From: an uncultured bacterium
GTDB taxonomy: Bacteria; Armatimonadota; Abditibacteriia; Abditibacteriales; Abditibacteriaceae
Assembly: GCA_963843795.1 (NCBI GenBank)
Contig: CAWJLW010000006.1
Location: forward strand, 2,864,375 to 2,928,374
Length of the DNA: 64,000 nucleotides
Direction of reading: 5' to 3'
Positions 1-9,362 of the stretch are shown here, one piece after another. The stretch's first letter is position 1, and each line of letters starts with the position of its first letter. Position numbers and translations under genes: made by a program. A model generated the notes under the pieces. That model did no database searches. It had not been told where the DNA came from and was given only the letters and a program-made list of their open reading frames with translations.

Positions 1-760
1 CGCCCAAGGGCGTCGAGCAACCGGCTTGCAACGCTTCCATGCAGGCGCGTTCGGTTTCGACACAAAAGCGCGCGCTTTCATTTTCCAACCCTGCAAGTAC
101 TTGCAGCACATTTTGATCGTCGCAGCGCGCTTCCAAAGCCAGCGCGCCCTGTCCGGGCGCGGGCACGAAATTTTGGCAATTGAAATCAAAATGCTGATGT
201 TGCGATAAATCAATGCCAAGCCGGTTCAAGCCCGCGCGCGCCAGCAGAATCGCATCGAAACTTTCATCCAATTTGCGTAATCGAGTGTCGATGTTGCCAC
301 GCACAGAAGAAACTTTTAAGTCGGGGCGCTGATATTTCAATTGTGCCGCGCGGCGCAAACTCGAAGTGCCTACGCGCGCACTGTGCGGCAATTGCGACCA
401 TACAGTTTCGTTTTCCCGATCGTCCAAATCGCGGCGCAAAATGCAAGCATCGGCAGGATTTTCGCGACCGGGCACGCACGCCAGACACAAATTTTCGGGG
501 AAAAGCGGTGGCAAATCTTTCAGGGAATGGACGGCAAAATCAATCTCGCCACTTAAAAGCGCTTGCTCGATTTCTAGCGTAAAAACGCCTTTTCCGCCAA
601 TTTCCGGCAGGGGTTGTCCTTGCTGCTTATCGCCCGTGGTGCGAATGATAATTTCTTCGATCCGCAAATCGGGTGTCAACTGTTCCAATGCGCGTGCGGT
701 CTGCCGAGCCTGCGCCAAAGCCAAGGCGCTGCCCCGTGTACCCATTTTCAAGATCGTCAT
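1..760 (-). CDS. hemC: Hydroxymethylbilane synthase (porphobilinogen deaminase), 3' end runs off window
   Basis: Read by hand on the minus strand from ATG at 760: MTILKMGTRGSALALAQ...GGKGVFTLEIEQALL..DFAVHSLKD..VGTSSLRR..VRGNIDTRLRKL..FVPAPGQGALALE..AGCSTPLG. These are HemC motifs. Not in the ORF track because it has no stop inside the window. Confidence 0.96.
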   Translation of the reverse strand, partial: MTILKMGTRGSALALAQARQTARALEQLTPDLRIEEIIIRTTGDKQQGQPLPEIGGKGVFTLEIEQALLSGEIDFAVHSLKDLPPLFPENLCLACVPGRENPADACILRRDLDDRENETVWSQLPHSARVGTSSLRRAAQLKYQRPDLKVSSVRGNIDTRLRKLDESFDAILLARAGLNRLGIDLSQHQHFDFNCQNFVPAPGQGALALEARCDDQNVLQVLAGLENESARFCVETERACMEALQAGCSTPLG

Positions 761-775
761 ATTTATTTTGAGAAT

Positions 776-1639
776 TTACTGTCCGATGAGATGTGGCGCA
801 CCCAGAAACGAAATCACCATCAGCAAAAAGCCATAAACGACGACTAAATTGGTGCGACGCCCGCGCCAGCCCAGCCACCAGCGCGCCACCAGATAAAGGG
901 CAAAAGTTGCCCAGGTGAGGCCAGAAAATAACACTTTCGGGTCGCTCCATACCCGATATTGCGCCTGATGACGTACTTGCCACACGACGCCTAAAAACAA
1001 ACCCAGCGTTAAAAGCGCCAAACCGAACGCCGTGGCGCGATAAATCACATCGTCGGCGACTTGCAGCGAAGGCAGGCGCTGCCACAAACCGCGCAGTTGC
1101 TTGCGTTTCAATAAATGATCTTGAATCAGATAAATCAAACTCGCCGCAAAAGCGAACGCCAAAGCAACATAACCGGCCACGATCAAGACGACGTGAACTA
1201 CTAACCATTGCGTTTCCAATCCGCTCGGATTGGGCGCGTAGCGATGAAGGGGCGCAGCGGTAAGCGAATATAACGCCGCCAAAAGTGCGACCGGTGTGAC
1301 GAACGCGCCCAAAGTGGTTTGCCCGACGCGTTGCCGCCAGCCCAGATACGCCACGATAAGAGCGCAGCCAAAAACGCCAGCGACGCCCGCTTTTTCGCGC
1401 CACAACAATGCACCTTGCCCGAACATCGCCAATGTGTGTAAATTGGCCCCACAAAACAAAAGCGCAAGGGAACCGATTTCAACGATTTCGTGCCACGCGC
1501 GGCCATGTTCGCGCGGCTCATCCGAGCGTAAAAACAAATGCGCCCATAACAAAAGCATTGCCACAAAATAGCACGCGACCGCGCCCAAAAGTAGCACGCC
1601 TTCCCACGCGGCCAATGCATTGGGAGCACCATTTCTCAT
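776..1639 (-). CDS. ccsA: Cytochrome c assembly family membrane protein (CcsA/HemX-like)
   Basis: Multi-TM protein with WLVVHV, YLIQDHLLK, GLFLGVVW and WSDPKV motifs. ATG overlaps the hemA stop (ATGA). Confidence 0.8.
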   Translation of the reverse strand: MRNGAPNALAAWEGVLLLGAVACYFVAMLLLWAHLFLRSDEPREHGRAWHEIVEIGSLALLFCGANLHTLAMFGQGALLWREKAGVAGVFGCALIVAYLGWRQRVGQTTLGAFVTPVALLAALYSLTAAPLHRYAPNPSGLETQWLVVHVVLIVAGYVALAFAFAASLIYLIQDHLLKRKQLRGLWQRLPSLQVADDVIYRATAFGLALLTLGLFLGVVWQVRHQAQYRVWSDPKVLFSGLTWATFALYLVARWWLGWRGRRTNLVVVYGFLLMVISFLGAPHLIGQ

Positions 1640-3048
1640 CGTGCCCCCTCGGGAGCAACCGATTGAGTTGCGCTGCTTTCTTTTTCGTTTTTGGGCGCGC
1701 TGCAAGTACTTGCAGCGCTGTTTGGGAAGGTTTCTAAATCGAAAGCGCGGCGCAAAGCTTCGACATCTTCGGGCTGCGAATCGGCGGCTTCGCGCAAATG
1801 ACGCAGCGGTGCGTGCATCAATTTTCCGCTCACCGAACGCGCCAGAGCGCGCACGATTTGCTGATCGCGCGGTGACAAATGTTGCAACTGTGCTAGCGCG
1901 ATCTCGGTTTCGCGGTCGCGCACTTCATTGGCGTGACGCGCCAAAGCTGACAAAACTGGCTGCGCGCCGCGACCTTTTATCCACTGTGCCCAGCTACGCG
2001 CTTCTTCACCGATAATTTCCTGCACCAAAGCCAATTCGCGCGCGCGCTGCTGCTGATTGGCTGCGACCACGCCCTGCAAATCGTCGATGTCATACAAATA
2101 CACATTGTCCTGTTGATGTGACAAAGGGTCGATGTCGCGAGGAACGGCAATATCAATCAAAAACAGTGGGCGCTGATGGCGCAAGCGCATAGCCTGCTCG
2201 ACTTGGGTTGCCGTTAACACCAGATGCGGCGCGCGCGTGGACGAAATCACAATATCAGCTTTCACTAACTGTTCTGGAAATTCTTCCCACGTCACGGCCT
2301 GAGCCTGCGCGTTGGGGATGCCTTCAAGAAAATTAAGTTCGCTATCGTTCTGACGCGCATCACTGTCAGAAAACAAACGCGCCAATTCCTGCGCGCGCTG
2401 ATAAGTGCGATTGGCGACCAGAATGCGGCGCGCGCCCGAAGCCACCAGATGTTGTGCCGTCAGCGCCGACATTTTGCCTGCGCCCAAAATCAAAACCGTA
2501 TGACCATTCAGCGGGCCAAAAATTTGGCGCGCTAATTCGACTGCCGCCGAACCAACATTCAATGCGCCGCGCCCAATGGCGGTTTCGGTGCGCGCGCGTT
2601 TACCGCATGCGATAGCGCGACGCAGCAGTTCGTCCATTTCCGCGCCCAGCGCGCCGTGTTCGCGTGCCACCGCCAGAGTCGCTTTCACTTGTCCTAAGAT
2701 TTCGCTTTCGCCCAACACCAAAGAATCAATGCCACTCGCGACGGCGAACAAATGCTGCACCGCGTCATCGTCTTGCGCGCGATAAAAATGACTTTCAATT
2801 TCGAGCGTTTCGTTCTGTGTCCAGCCGCCAATTTGCGGAAGTAATTTGTGCAGTTGGTCGGGAAAATTGGCCGGCGCCTGAAGATAAATTTCGGCGCGAT
2901 TGCAGGTCGAGAGAATCGCCGCTTGTTGGGCGCCATTAGCACGCAGCAAACGTAGTGCTTCGGCTAAACGCGAGGGCGAAAACGCCATGCGCTCGCGCAC
3001 CTCAACCGGCGCGGTTTTGTGATTCAATCCCAGCAAAAATAACGGCAT
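1636..3048 (-). CDS. hemA: Glutamyl-tRNA reductase
   Basis: GLNHKTAPVEVRE, LSTCNRAEIY, SGIDSLVLGESEILGQVK, GAGKM, DIAVPRDI motifs. Confidence 0.97.
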   Translation of the reverse strand: MPLFLLGLNHKTAPVEVRERMAFSPSRLAEALRLLRANGAQQAAILSTCNRAEIYLQAPANFPDQLHKLLPQIGGWTQNETLEIESHFYRAQDDDAVQHLFAVASGIDSLVLGESEILGQVKATLAVAREHGALGAEMDELLRRAIACGKRARTETAIGRGALNVGSAAVELARQIFGPLNGHTVLILGAGKMSALTAQHLVASGARRILVANRTYQRAQELARLFSDSDARQNDSELNFLEGIPNAQAQAVTWEEFPEQLVKADIVISSTRAPHLVLTATQVEQAMRLRHQRPLFLIDIAVPRDIDPLSHQQDNVYLYDIDDLQGVVAANQQQRARELALVQEIIGEEARSWAQWIKGRGAQPVLSALARHANEVRDRETEIALAQLQHLSPRDQQIVRALARSVSGKLMHAPLRHLREAADSQPEDVEALRRAFDLETFPNSAASTCSAPKNEKESSATQSVAPEGAR

Positions 3049-3126
3049 ACCAATCCACTTTTCATCGCGACAACGCCACAATCTGCGTTGCAAGTACTTG
3101 CAACGCAACTTTCCTGACCAGCGGGT

Positions 3127-3768
3127 TCAACTGCTCGAACCATTCACCATTTTTTCAAATTCGGCGCGCGCGCTTTCCACTTCGCCCGCTTTGAGTAAGG
3201 ACAAAATATCGCTTTCCAGAATCGCGCGCCACAATTCGGCGCGCTGCTTTTGTTCACCGAGCATTTTCATTTCGGCGCGCTGTTCGCTCATCCAGCGCAA
3301 CAAGTGAGCGTATTCCGCGCCAATTACGCCTTCGATTTCAGCTTTCAAATGACGCGAAAGCGCTGGGCTACCACCCGAACTTGAAATGCCTATGCAAATT
3401 TCGCCACGACGAATTGTGGCCGCACCGTGAAAATCGCTTTCTGCCGAATCGTCAGCCAAGTTGCACCACGCGCCGTTGAGTTTCGCTTCGCGCGCGATTT
3501 TGGCATTGACGGAGCGCGCATCGGTGCAGGCGAAAACCAGATCAAAATCGCTGGTGTCACCGGCAGCAAAAGCGCGCTGCAAGTACTTGCAGGCGCGTTT
3601 TTCGATGAGCGAGGCCAAAGCTTCACACAGTTCGGGTGCGATAATTGTCACAGTGGCGTGACATTCCACGAGCGAAGCGGCTTTGCGTGCCGCGACCGCA
3701 CCGCCTCCGACAATCAGGCACGCACGACCGCTCACATCTAAAGCGACCGGCAACAGTTTTCGGCTCAT
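3127..3768 (-). CDS. sirC: Precorrin-2 dehydrogenase/sirohydrochlorin ferrochelatase (SirC/CysG N-terminal domain)
   Basis: LIVGGGAVAARK, CNLADD, IGISSSGGSPALS motifs. Confidence 0.9.
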   Translation of the reverse strand: MSRKLLPVALDVSGRACLIVGGGAVAARKAASLVECHATVTIIAPELCEALASLIEKRACKYLQRAFAAGDTSDFDLVFACTDARSVNAKIAREAKLNGAWCNLADDSAESDFHGAATIRRGEICIGISSSGGSPALSRHLKAEIEGVIGAEYAHLLRWMSEQRAEMKMLGEQKQRAELWRAILESDILSLLKAGEVESARAEFEKMVNGSSS

Positions 3769-3781
3769 GAGAATTGCCAGC

Positions 3782-3919
3782 TTACAATTCTTCGCGCGGC
3801 ACATCGCGCAGCGTTTTTTCCAATTGTCGCGTCGCGCGATCCAAACGGAACAGGTAAATCCACACACCGAACCATGTCAAAAGCGAGACGATTAAAGCGA
3901 ATAAAGTTTCTTTGCCCAT
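3782..3919 (-). CDS. ccmD: CcmD-family small membrane protein
   Basis: 45 aa with one TM (WFGVWIYLFRLDR) and a charged tail, directly after ccmC. Confidence 0.7.
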   Translation of the reverse strand: MGKETLFALIVSLLTWFGVWIYLFRLDRATRQLEKTLRDVPREEL

Positions 3920-3938
3920 CAATAATTTCCGAGAATTT

Positions 3939-4589
3939 CTAAGCCCACTGCAATTCTTTCCACGCCGCTGCACGCTCTTGCAAAGCTAGCAAGCGCGCGC
4001 GAATTTGCGCCACGCTTACCAGAATCAGCGTCATGCCAATCATGTTGAAATAAAGCGCGAATTTATACAAATTGTTACTTCCGATAATCGTGCGATTAGG
4101 ATGCAACGACGGCATCAGTTGACGAAAAGCAAACGTCCAGAAAACCGCCGCGATAATGCCCAGAATCGCAAAAACCGCCCACGCGTTGCGCTGCTTGACT
4201 GCGTCTTCAGTCGCGCCGCGCAGCGAAAATAAACCGGCATAAGTGAGAAGCGTGGCGACAATTCCGATCTGCTGAGGGTCCCAACTCCAATAAGCGTTCC
4301 AGTTAATTTTCGCCCACACCGCGCCAGTAATCATCGCGATAATACCAAACGCGAATCCACATTCGGCGAACGCGACCGAAGCACGGTCAAATTTTGGATC
4401 GCGTTTCCATAACCACAGCACGCCATTGACTGCTGCAATGATAAATGCAGTTTCCATCGCAATCGCCATCGGGACGTGGAAAAACGCCGCTGGCGTCGCT
4501 TTTAACGCCGCCGCCGGTGGCATTGACCACGCGATGATAATGCCCGCGCTCACCCAGATTAAAGTCACAATTTGCAAAATCATTGTCAT
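3939..4589 (-). CDS. ccmC: Haem exporter protein C
   Basis: FFHVPMA, TGAVWAKINWNAYWSWDP (WWD motif), SLHP. Confidence 0.9.
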   Translation of the reverse strand: MTMILQIVTLIWVSAGIIIAWSMPPAAALKATPAAFFHVPMAIAMETAFIIAAVNGVLWLWKRDPKFDRASVAFAECGFAFGIIAMITGAVWAKINWNAYWSWDPQQIGIVATLLTYAGLFSLRGATEDAVKQRNAWAVFAILGIIAAVFWTFAFRQLMPSLHPNRTIIGSNNLYKFALYFNMIGMTLILVSVAQIRARLLALQERAAAWKELQWA

Positions 4590-4635
4590 TTACTCAGCTA
4601 GGGCACAGCAAGTCCTTGCGGCGCGCTTTACAACT

Positions 4636-5382
4636 TCAGTTCCACACAAAATCGAACAGCATCCACGCCGCAGCCAGCATCGCCACATCATACGCGACCA
4701 GCGCTTGCAGCGTGCTTTGCGCATCGCCACCGTTGCCAAAAGCTACGCCAGTCGCGTTGGTCGCAATCACCAGCAATGGCAGCAAAATCGGAATCGCGAT
4801 GGCGCAAAACAGCGCACCGCGCGATTGTGCACCCATTGTCATCGCGCCCAACAGCGAAGAAACCGCTGCCAGCCCGATGTCAGACAACAATAAAACGCCG
4901 ATGAGCAATCCGGGCTGCGCGACGTGAATATCGAGCAGCACAATCGTTACCGGCACCGCACCGATTTGCGTGAGTAAAAGCAGCGAAAAATTCCACAGCG
5001 TTTTGCCCCACAAAACCGCGCTCGCCGGTGCGTGCAAACGCAAAAGCCAGTGCGTGCCGCTTTCTTCTTCTTTAATCCACACGCGCGACAGGCCAATCAG
5101 TGCCGCCAGCAATAACGTCGTCCACAACAAACCGGCTTGCACATCGGGCTTTAATTTCTGCGCCGCGACGCTGAAGGAAAGCGAAATCGGCACCGCGATG
5201 GCAAAGAGCGCGATGGAATTTAACGCCGCGCGCGTGCGCCATTCGCCACGCCAATCTTTGACAAACACCGCACGCACCGCGCGCCACCACAGCGCGCGCG
5301 ATGCAACGGATTGAATCTGAGCTTCATTTCTGGCTACGGTTGCTGTTGAGCTTTGCATTTCGCGCAGCGGAGTTTGCACCAT
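4636..5382 (-). CDS. ccmB: Haem exporter protein B
   Basis: KDWRGEWRTR, EEESGT, LWGK, IPILLPLLV motifs. Lies between ccmA and ccmC. Start uncertain. Confidence 0.88.
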   Translation of the reverse strand: MVQTPLREMQSSTATVARNEAQIQSVASRALWWRAVRAVFVKDWRGEWRTRAALNSIALFAIAVPISLSFSVAAQKLKPDVQAGLLWTTLLLAALIGLSRVWIKEEESGTHWLLRLHAPASAVLWGKTLWNFSLLLLTQIGAVPVTIVLLDIHVAQPGLLIGVLLLSDIGLAAVSSLLGAMTMGAQSRGALFCAIAIPILLPLLVIATNATGVAFGNGGDAQSTLQALVAYDVAMLAAAWMLFDFVWN

Positions 5383-5443
5383 TTCACGATAACCAACGCC
5401 CGAAAACGCGCCGCCAGTACTTCCAGGTACTTGCAAGCACGAG

Positions 5444-6088
5444 TTAAGGCGTTTTCAAAATTGGCACGCTTTCCACATCAATCGTGCAATCGCACAGTTC
5501 GATTTCGCGTGCGTCGTTGGTTGCCAACAAAGCCACGCCGCGCGTGCGCTGCTCATCCAGAGCGCGCCGCAAAAGCACGCGACCGGCTTCATCCAAATTC
5601 GCGCCCGGCTCGTCCAACAATAAAATCGGCGGCGCGTGCAAAGTTGCAATACACAAAGCCAAGCGCGCGCGCAAACCACTCGACAAATCGCCCGCCAAAT
5701 CGTTCCAACGCGCACCCAGTTCCCATTCTTCCAAGCGCGCGCGCAAATGCGCTTCTTCATCACTCTTGCAAGTACTTGCAGGGCGCATTTGCGACCAGAA
5801 CTGCAAATTTTCGCCGCACGTCAATTCGCGATACAGCGGAACATCGGGCGCGCACAAACCACACAGCGCGCGCAATTCTTCCCCCGCGATTTCCGAAGCA
5901 TCTTCGCGCCACACAATTCTTCCGGCATCAAGAGTTGTCAAAGCAGCGACAGCGCGCAACAAAGTACTTTTGCCGCTGCCGTTGCGCCCGATAATCGCCG
6001 CGACGCTGCCTGTTTCAATTTCAAAATCTAAGCGCCGCAAAACCACGCGCGCACCATAACGTTTACCGACTTTGCTGCCAATTAACAT
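5444..6088 (-). CDS. ccmA: Haem exporter ABC ATPase
   Basis: GRNGSGKSTLL, LSSG signature, LLLDEPGANLD, next to ccmB. Start taken at ATG 6088. Confidence 0.88.
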   Translation of the reverse strand: MLIGSKVGKRYGARVVLRRLDFEIETGSVAAIIGRNGSGKSTLLRAVAALTTLDAGRIVWREDASEIAGEELRALCGLCAPDVPLYRELTCGENLQFWSQMRPASTCKSDEEAHLRARLEEWELGARWNDLAGDLSSGLRARLALCIATLHAPPILLLDEPGANLDEAGRVLLRRALDEQRTRGVALLATNDAREIELCDCTIDVESVPILKTP

Positions 6089-6222
6089 CGCAGAGAGGAC
6101 AGACAGACAAAAATAAGAGGAAAAGAGAAAAAATTTTGCGTACTGAAGGTGCGGCTTCTTCGCTGCAAGTACTTGCAGCGAAGATTTGTGTTTCTTCCTT
6201 TCAAACCTTCTTTTTCCCTCTT

Positions 6223-7467
6223 TTATTTTTCGCGGCTCACCACGTAATCTGCGATGTCGCACAGCATCTGGCGCGCGGGACAATTTTCGAAAATGTCCAG
6301 TTCGGCTTTGGCTCGACCCGCATATTCCAAGGCGCTGTGCAAACACGAGGCGATGGCGTCGCTCGAACGTAGTGCTTCCAAAACGCGCTCGACATCGACG
6401 TCTTCAATCGGGCTTTTTCCGATCAGTTCGCATAAAATCGCGCGCTCATCGGCGCTTGAAGTTTGCATTGCGCGCAGCATCGGCAGCGTAATGATGCCTT
6501 CGCGAATATCGTTGCCGACCGGTTTGCCAATGCGCTTTTTGCTGGAAACCACGTCGAACACATCATCGACAATTTGAAACGCGATGCCGATATAATGACC
6601 GTAACGTGCCAGAGCCTCGACCTGCTGATCGGTGGCTCCAACGGCAAGGGCGCCGATGCGGCACGAGCATTCAGTGAGGGCCGAAGTTTTCAAGGCGACG
6701 ATTTCCAGATAATCGCTTTCCTCCATTTCCAGTTCGCCGCGCTTCTGCGCTTCCAGCAGTTCGCCCGCGCACATTTGTGCCGTCGCTTGCGCAAGCGGGT
6801 TCATCAAATCATAAAAGCCGCGCTGCGAAGCGATGAGAAAAACTTGCGCGAACAGGTAGTCGCCCACCAGAACGCTCATGCCGTTGCCCCAAACGAGATT
6901 AGCAGCGGGCTTGCCGCGTCGCACTTCGGCGCTATCGACCACATCATCATGAAGCAATGTCGTCGTGTGGGTGAGTTCAACAGCGACCGCAGCAGCCAGC
7001 ACTTTTTCGGGCAATTGCCCTCTGCGCACATGATCATCGCACAATTGCGCCGCCAAAACCGTTAAGGCCGGACGCAAACGCTTGCCGCCCGCGCCCAGAG
7101 TGTGCGAGGCGACATCGGCCACGGCTTTGATTGAAGCCGAAACCATGCGCTCGATTTCGATTTCGACTTGCTTGAGTTGCGGCTTCAAGCCTTGCAGCGA
7201 AGCCGAAATATCGATGTCGCGCCACAATTCCTCAGTCGCGATGCTTTCCTGCGCGACTGAAGAACCATTGTAGCTGGCTCCGTTGCGACGAACATTCTGC
7301 GCGCGTGTGGCTTCGTGCGAACGAGCGTCGTCGTGCGGGCGCACCATGCGTTCGGTCAGGTCGTTGGCCAGTTCATCGGTCATCGTTTCCAGAGCCGTTT
7401 CGACTTGGCCGACCGTGCTTTCAGGCGCAATTTCCGTGGCTTGTGGGGCGTAAATTTGCTGTTCCAT
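6223..7467 (-). CDS. Polyprenyl diphosphate synthase (IspB/HepT family)
   Basis: GGKRLRP, LLHDDVVD..VRRG, GDYLF, AFQIVDD, GKPVGNDIREG. Confidence 0.93.
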   Translation of the reverse strand: MEQQIYAPQATEIAPESTVGQVETALETMTDELANDLTERMVRPHDDARSHEATRAQNVRRNGASYNGSSVAQESIATEELWRDIDISASLQGLKPQLKQVEIEIERMVSASIKAVADVASHTLGAGGKRLRPALTVLAAQLCDDHVRRGQLPEKVLAAAVAVELTHTTTLLHDDVVDSAEVRRGKPAANLVWGNGMSVLVGDYLFAQVFLIASQRGFYDLMNPLAQATAQMCAGELLEAQKRGELEMEESDYLEIVALKTSALTECSCRIGALAVGATDQQVEALARYGHYIGIAFQIVDDVFDVVSSKKRIGKPVGNDIREGIITLPMLRAMQTSSADERAILCELIGKSPIEDVDVERVLEALRSSDAIASCLHSALEYAGRAKAELDIFENCPARQMLCDIADYVVSREK

Positions 7468-7504
7468 GACGTTTCCGTTGACGTTTCCGTTTTTGGCGTT
7501 TGAT

Positions 7505-8257
7505 TTATTTGGTGTGCAGATAATACGACAAAACTTCTAATTGCGAGGTCAAATCGACGTGGCGCACCACAATGCCGGGCCGCACTAAAATCGCGACCGG
7601 CGCGAAATTCAAAATCGCCTGCACGCCCGCTGCCACTAATTTATCCACAGCCGCCTGAGCTGCGCCGCTACTGACCGCGATAACGCCCACTGTGGCGCAC
7701 AACTGCGCGTTCATCGAGACCAGTTCATCAATGTGATGCACCTGCGTCCCGTTAATTTTCGTCCCCACTTTGTTTTTATCAATATCAAAGGCCGCCACCA
7801 CATGAAAGCCACGCAACGGAAAACCCGGATAATGCAACAACGCGCTTCCCAGATTGCCCGCACCCACTAACAACACATCATGGCGCGCATCCAAACCCAT
7901 AATGCGCGATAAATGCGCTTCCAATTCCGCCACATCGTAACCCAAACCCGGCGTTCCAAATTCGCCGAAATACGATAAATCTTTGCGGAACTGCGCCGCA
8001 TTAATACCCGTTCCCTGCGAAATTTGCGACGAACTCGCCGTAGCAATGCCCGAAGCGCGCAAGTTGCGCATACACTGCAAATATGCGCTCATACGCTCGA
8101 TGGTCGGCTGCGGCACGCGTTGCAAATGTTCCGGCAACTCCATCGCCGCTGGCACAACCGTCGGTGCCGAAGACGCTTTGATCGAAGGCGCTTTTGCTTC
8201 GAGTGCCTTGCTCGTTAAAGCGGTGGTTGTAGCCATCGTGGTTTTGGAATTCGACAT
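7505..8257 (-). CDS. rex: Redox-sensing transcriptional repressor Rex
   Basis: TIERMSAY, QFRKDLSYFGEFGTPGLGY, VGAGNLGSAL, ILNFAP. Confidence 0.96.
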   Translation of the reverse strand: MSNSKTTMATTTALTSKALEAKAPSIKASSAPTVVPAAMELPEHLQRVPQPTIERMSAYLQCMRNLRASGIATASSSQISQGTGINAAQFRKDLSYFGEFGTPGLGYDVAELEAHLSRIMGLDARHDVLLVGAGNLGSALLHYPGFPLRGFHVVAAFDIDKNKVGTKINGTQVHHIDELVSMNAQLCATVGVIAVSSGAAQAAVDKLVAAGVQAILNFAPVAILVRPGIVVRHVDLTSQLEVLSYYLHTK

Positions 8258-8336
8258 AAAGCTGTCCCCGGCGCTGGTTTCATGCTGTTTTCATTAAGGC
8301 GTGATTCGCCTCACGAAGCAATGTTTGTGCGAGACT

Positions 8337-8354
8337 TTGAGAAATATTTCACAA
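8337..8354. promoter_or_regulatory. Rex operator (ROP)
   Basis: TTGAGAA-ATAT-TTCACAA, one mismatch from the TTGTGAA-W4-TTCACAA consensus, 80 bp upstream of rex. A weaker CGTGA-N6-TCACG lies at 8300-8315. Confidence 0.8.
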
Positions 8355-8459
8355 GTGTAGCACTGAGACGTGTGAGATTTGCTGCGAGCCTCGCTTTCAT
8401 TGATGAGCATTTCTAATGGGTTTTGCCATCGCGCCGTTAGCAGAAAGCGCGCGGATTTC

Positions 8460-8489
8460 AATTGTGTGGCAAGTACTTGCCACACAATT
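8460..8489. repeat. 30-bp perfect palindrome centred on the iterated core
   Basis: AATTGTGTGGCAAGT|ACTTGCCACACAATT in the divergent rex promoter region. Confidence 0.95.
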
Positions 8490-8601
8490 ATGAACTGAGA
8501 ATTCTCTCAGGGGTGGTGCGAAAGAGAAACTTGAAGGCGCTGGTCCCTTCTAAAAACCTGAACGCGAGTTCGAAATTTACTTTTATTTATATGGAGGCAA
8601 A

Positions 8602-9159
8602 ATGAATTTACTAACGAACAAAAAAACGGGGCGCACATATCTGGCACTGGGCTTGGCAGGCGCACTGGGCCTAGGCACGTTGGGCACCAGCGCACTGGTT
8701 TCTCAGGCGCAGCCCGACCCGAACAACGCTCCCAAAACTGAAAATCCCAATAATCGTCAGGCACGTCAGCGCCGTCAGCGCATAACGCCCGAGCAGCGCA
8801 CGAAAATGATGCAAGATCGCGAAATTGCCATGCTCGAACAGGCGACTGGTAAAACTCTTACTGAAGATCAGAAAACTGCATTGCGCAAGGCTTCGGACGA
8901 ACGTCAGGCCGCGATTAAAGCCGCTCAGGACAAGTATTTGGAAGAAATGTCCAAAGCGACTGGTATGGAAGTCGATGAACTGAAATTGAAAATGCGCGAT
9001 GCGCGCGCACGTAATCTCCTGGGTGCGGTGAATGCAATGAATAATCGTCGCGGTCAGGGTCAAGGCCAAGCGAAAGGTCAAAACAACGCCAACAACAATC
9101 GCCGTCAAAATCGCCAGAATCGTGGCGCCCAGCAGAACGGCGCTGCCGCGCAACTGTAA
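8602..9159 (+). CDS. Secreted helical hypothetical protein (Spy/CpxP LTxxQ-like)
   Basis: GGAGG RBS, signal peptide, ITPEQR and LTEDQK motifs, Q/R/N-rich tail. Confidence 0.65.
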   Translation: MNLLTNKKTGRTYLALGLAGALGLGTLGTSALVSQAQPDPNNAPKTENPNNRQARQRRQRITPEQRTKMMQDREIAMLEQATGKTLTEDQKTALRKASDERQAAIKAAQDKYLEEMSKATGMEVDELKLKMRDARARNLLGAVNAMNNRRGQGQGQAKGQNNANNNRRQNRQNRGAQQNGAAAQL

Positions 9160-9242
9160 AACATTTGTGTAAGGCAGTTGTTAAATCGCGCTGTGCACAT
9201 CGTATAAAATTCGTTAATTCTGCGACTTGTGCGCGCGAGACT

Positions 9243-9290
9243 AATCAAACAACTCGAATCCGGCGCACTGGATTCGAGTTGTTTGATTTT
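9243..9290 (+). terminator. Intrinsic terminator hairpin
   Basis: 19-bp stem AATCAAACAACTCGAATCC / GGATTCGAGTTGTTTGATT, followed by T residues. Confidence 0.75.
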
Positions 9291-9362
9291 AGCTTGCCGG
9301 TTGCCACTGCAAGTACTTGCTGCGTGTCGTATTCGTTGTAGGATCTTCGTTCGGTGATTTTT

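Noticed and set aside
3049..3108. ORF-track N-terminal extensions containing CKYLQ/LQVLA (hemA, ccmA, the GT-C gene, phoU, copZ-like, DoxX)
   Set aside because: Better starts with RBS or family-typical N-termini lie downstream. The extensions exist because the palindrome has no stops, so these copies were counted as intergenic.
5961..5970. AAAGTACTTT in ccmA as a repeat copy
   Set aside because: Encodes the Walker A KSTL and lacks the GC/GC flanks; explained by the protein.
7468..7491. 12-bp tandem GACGTTTCCGTT x2 upstream of the prenyl synthase
   Set aside because: Two copies only and no other occurrence noticed; likely local slippage.
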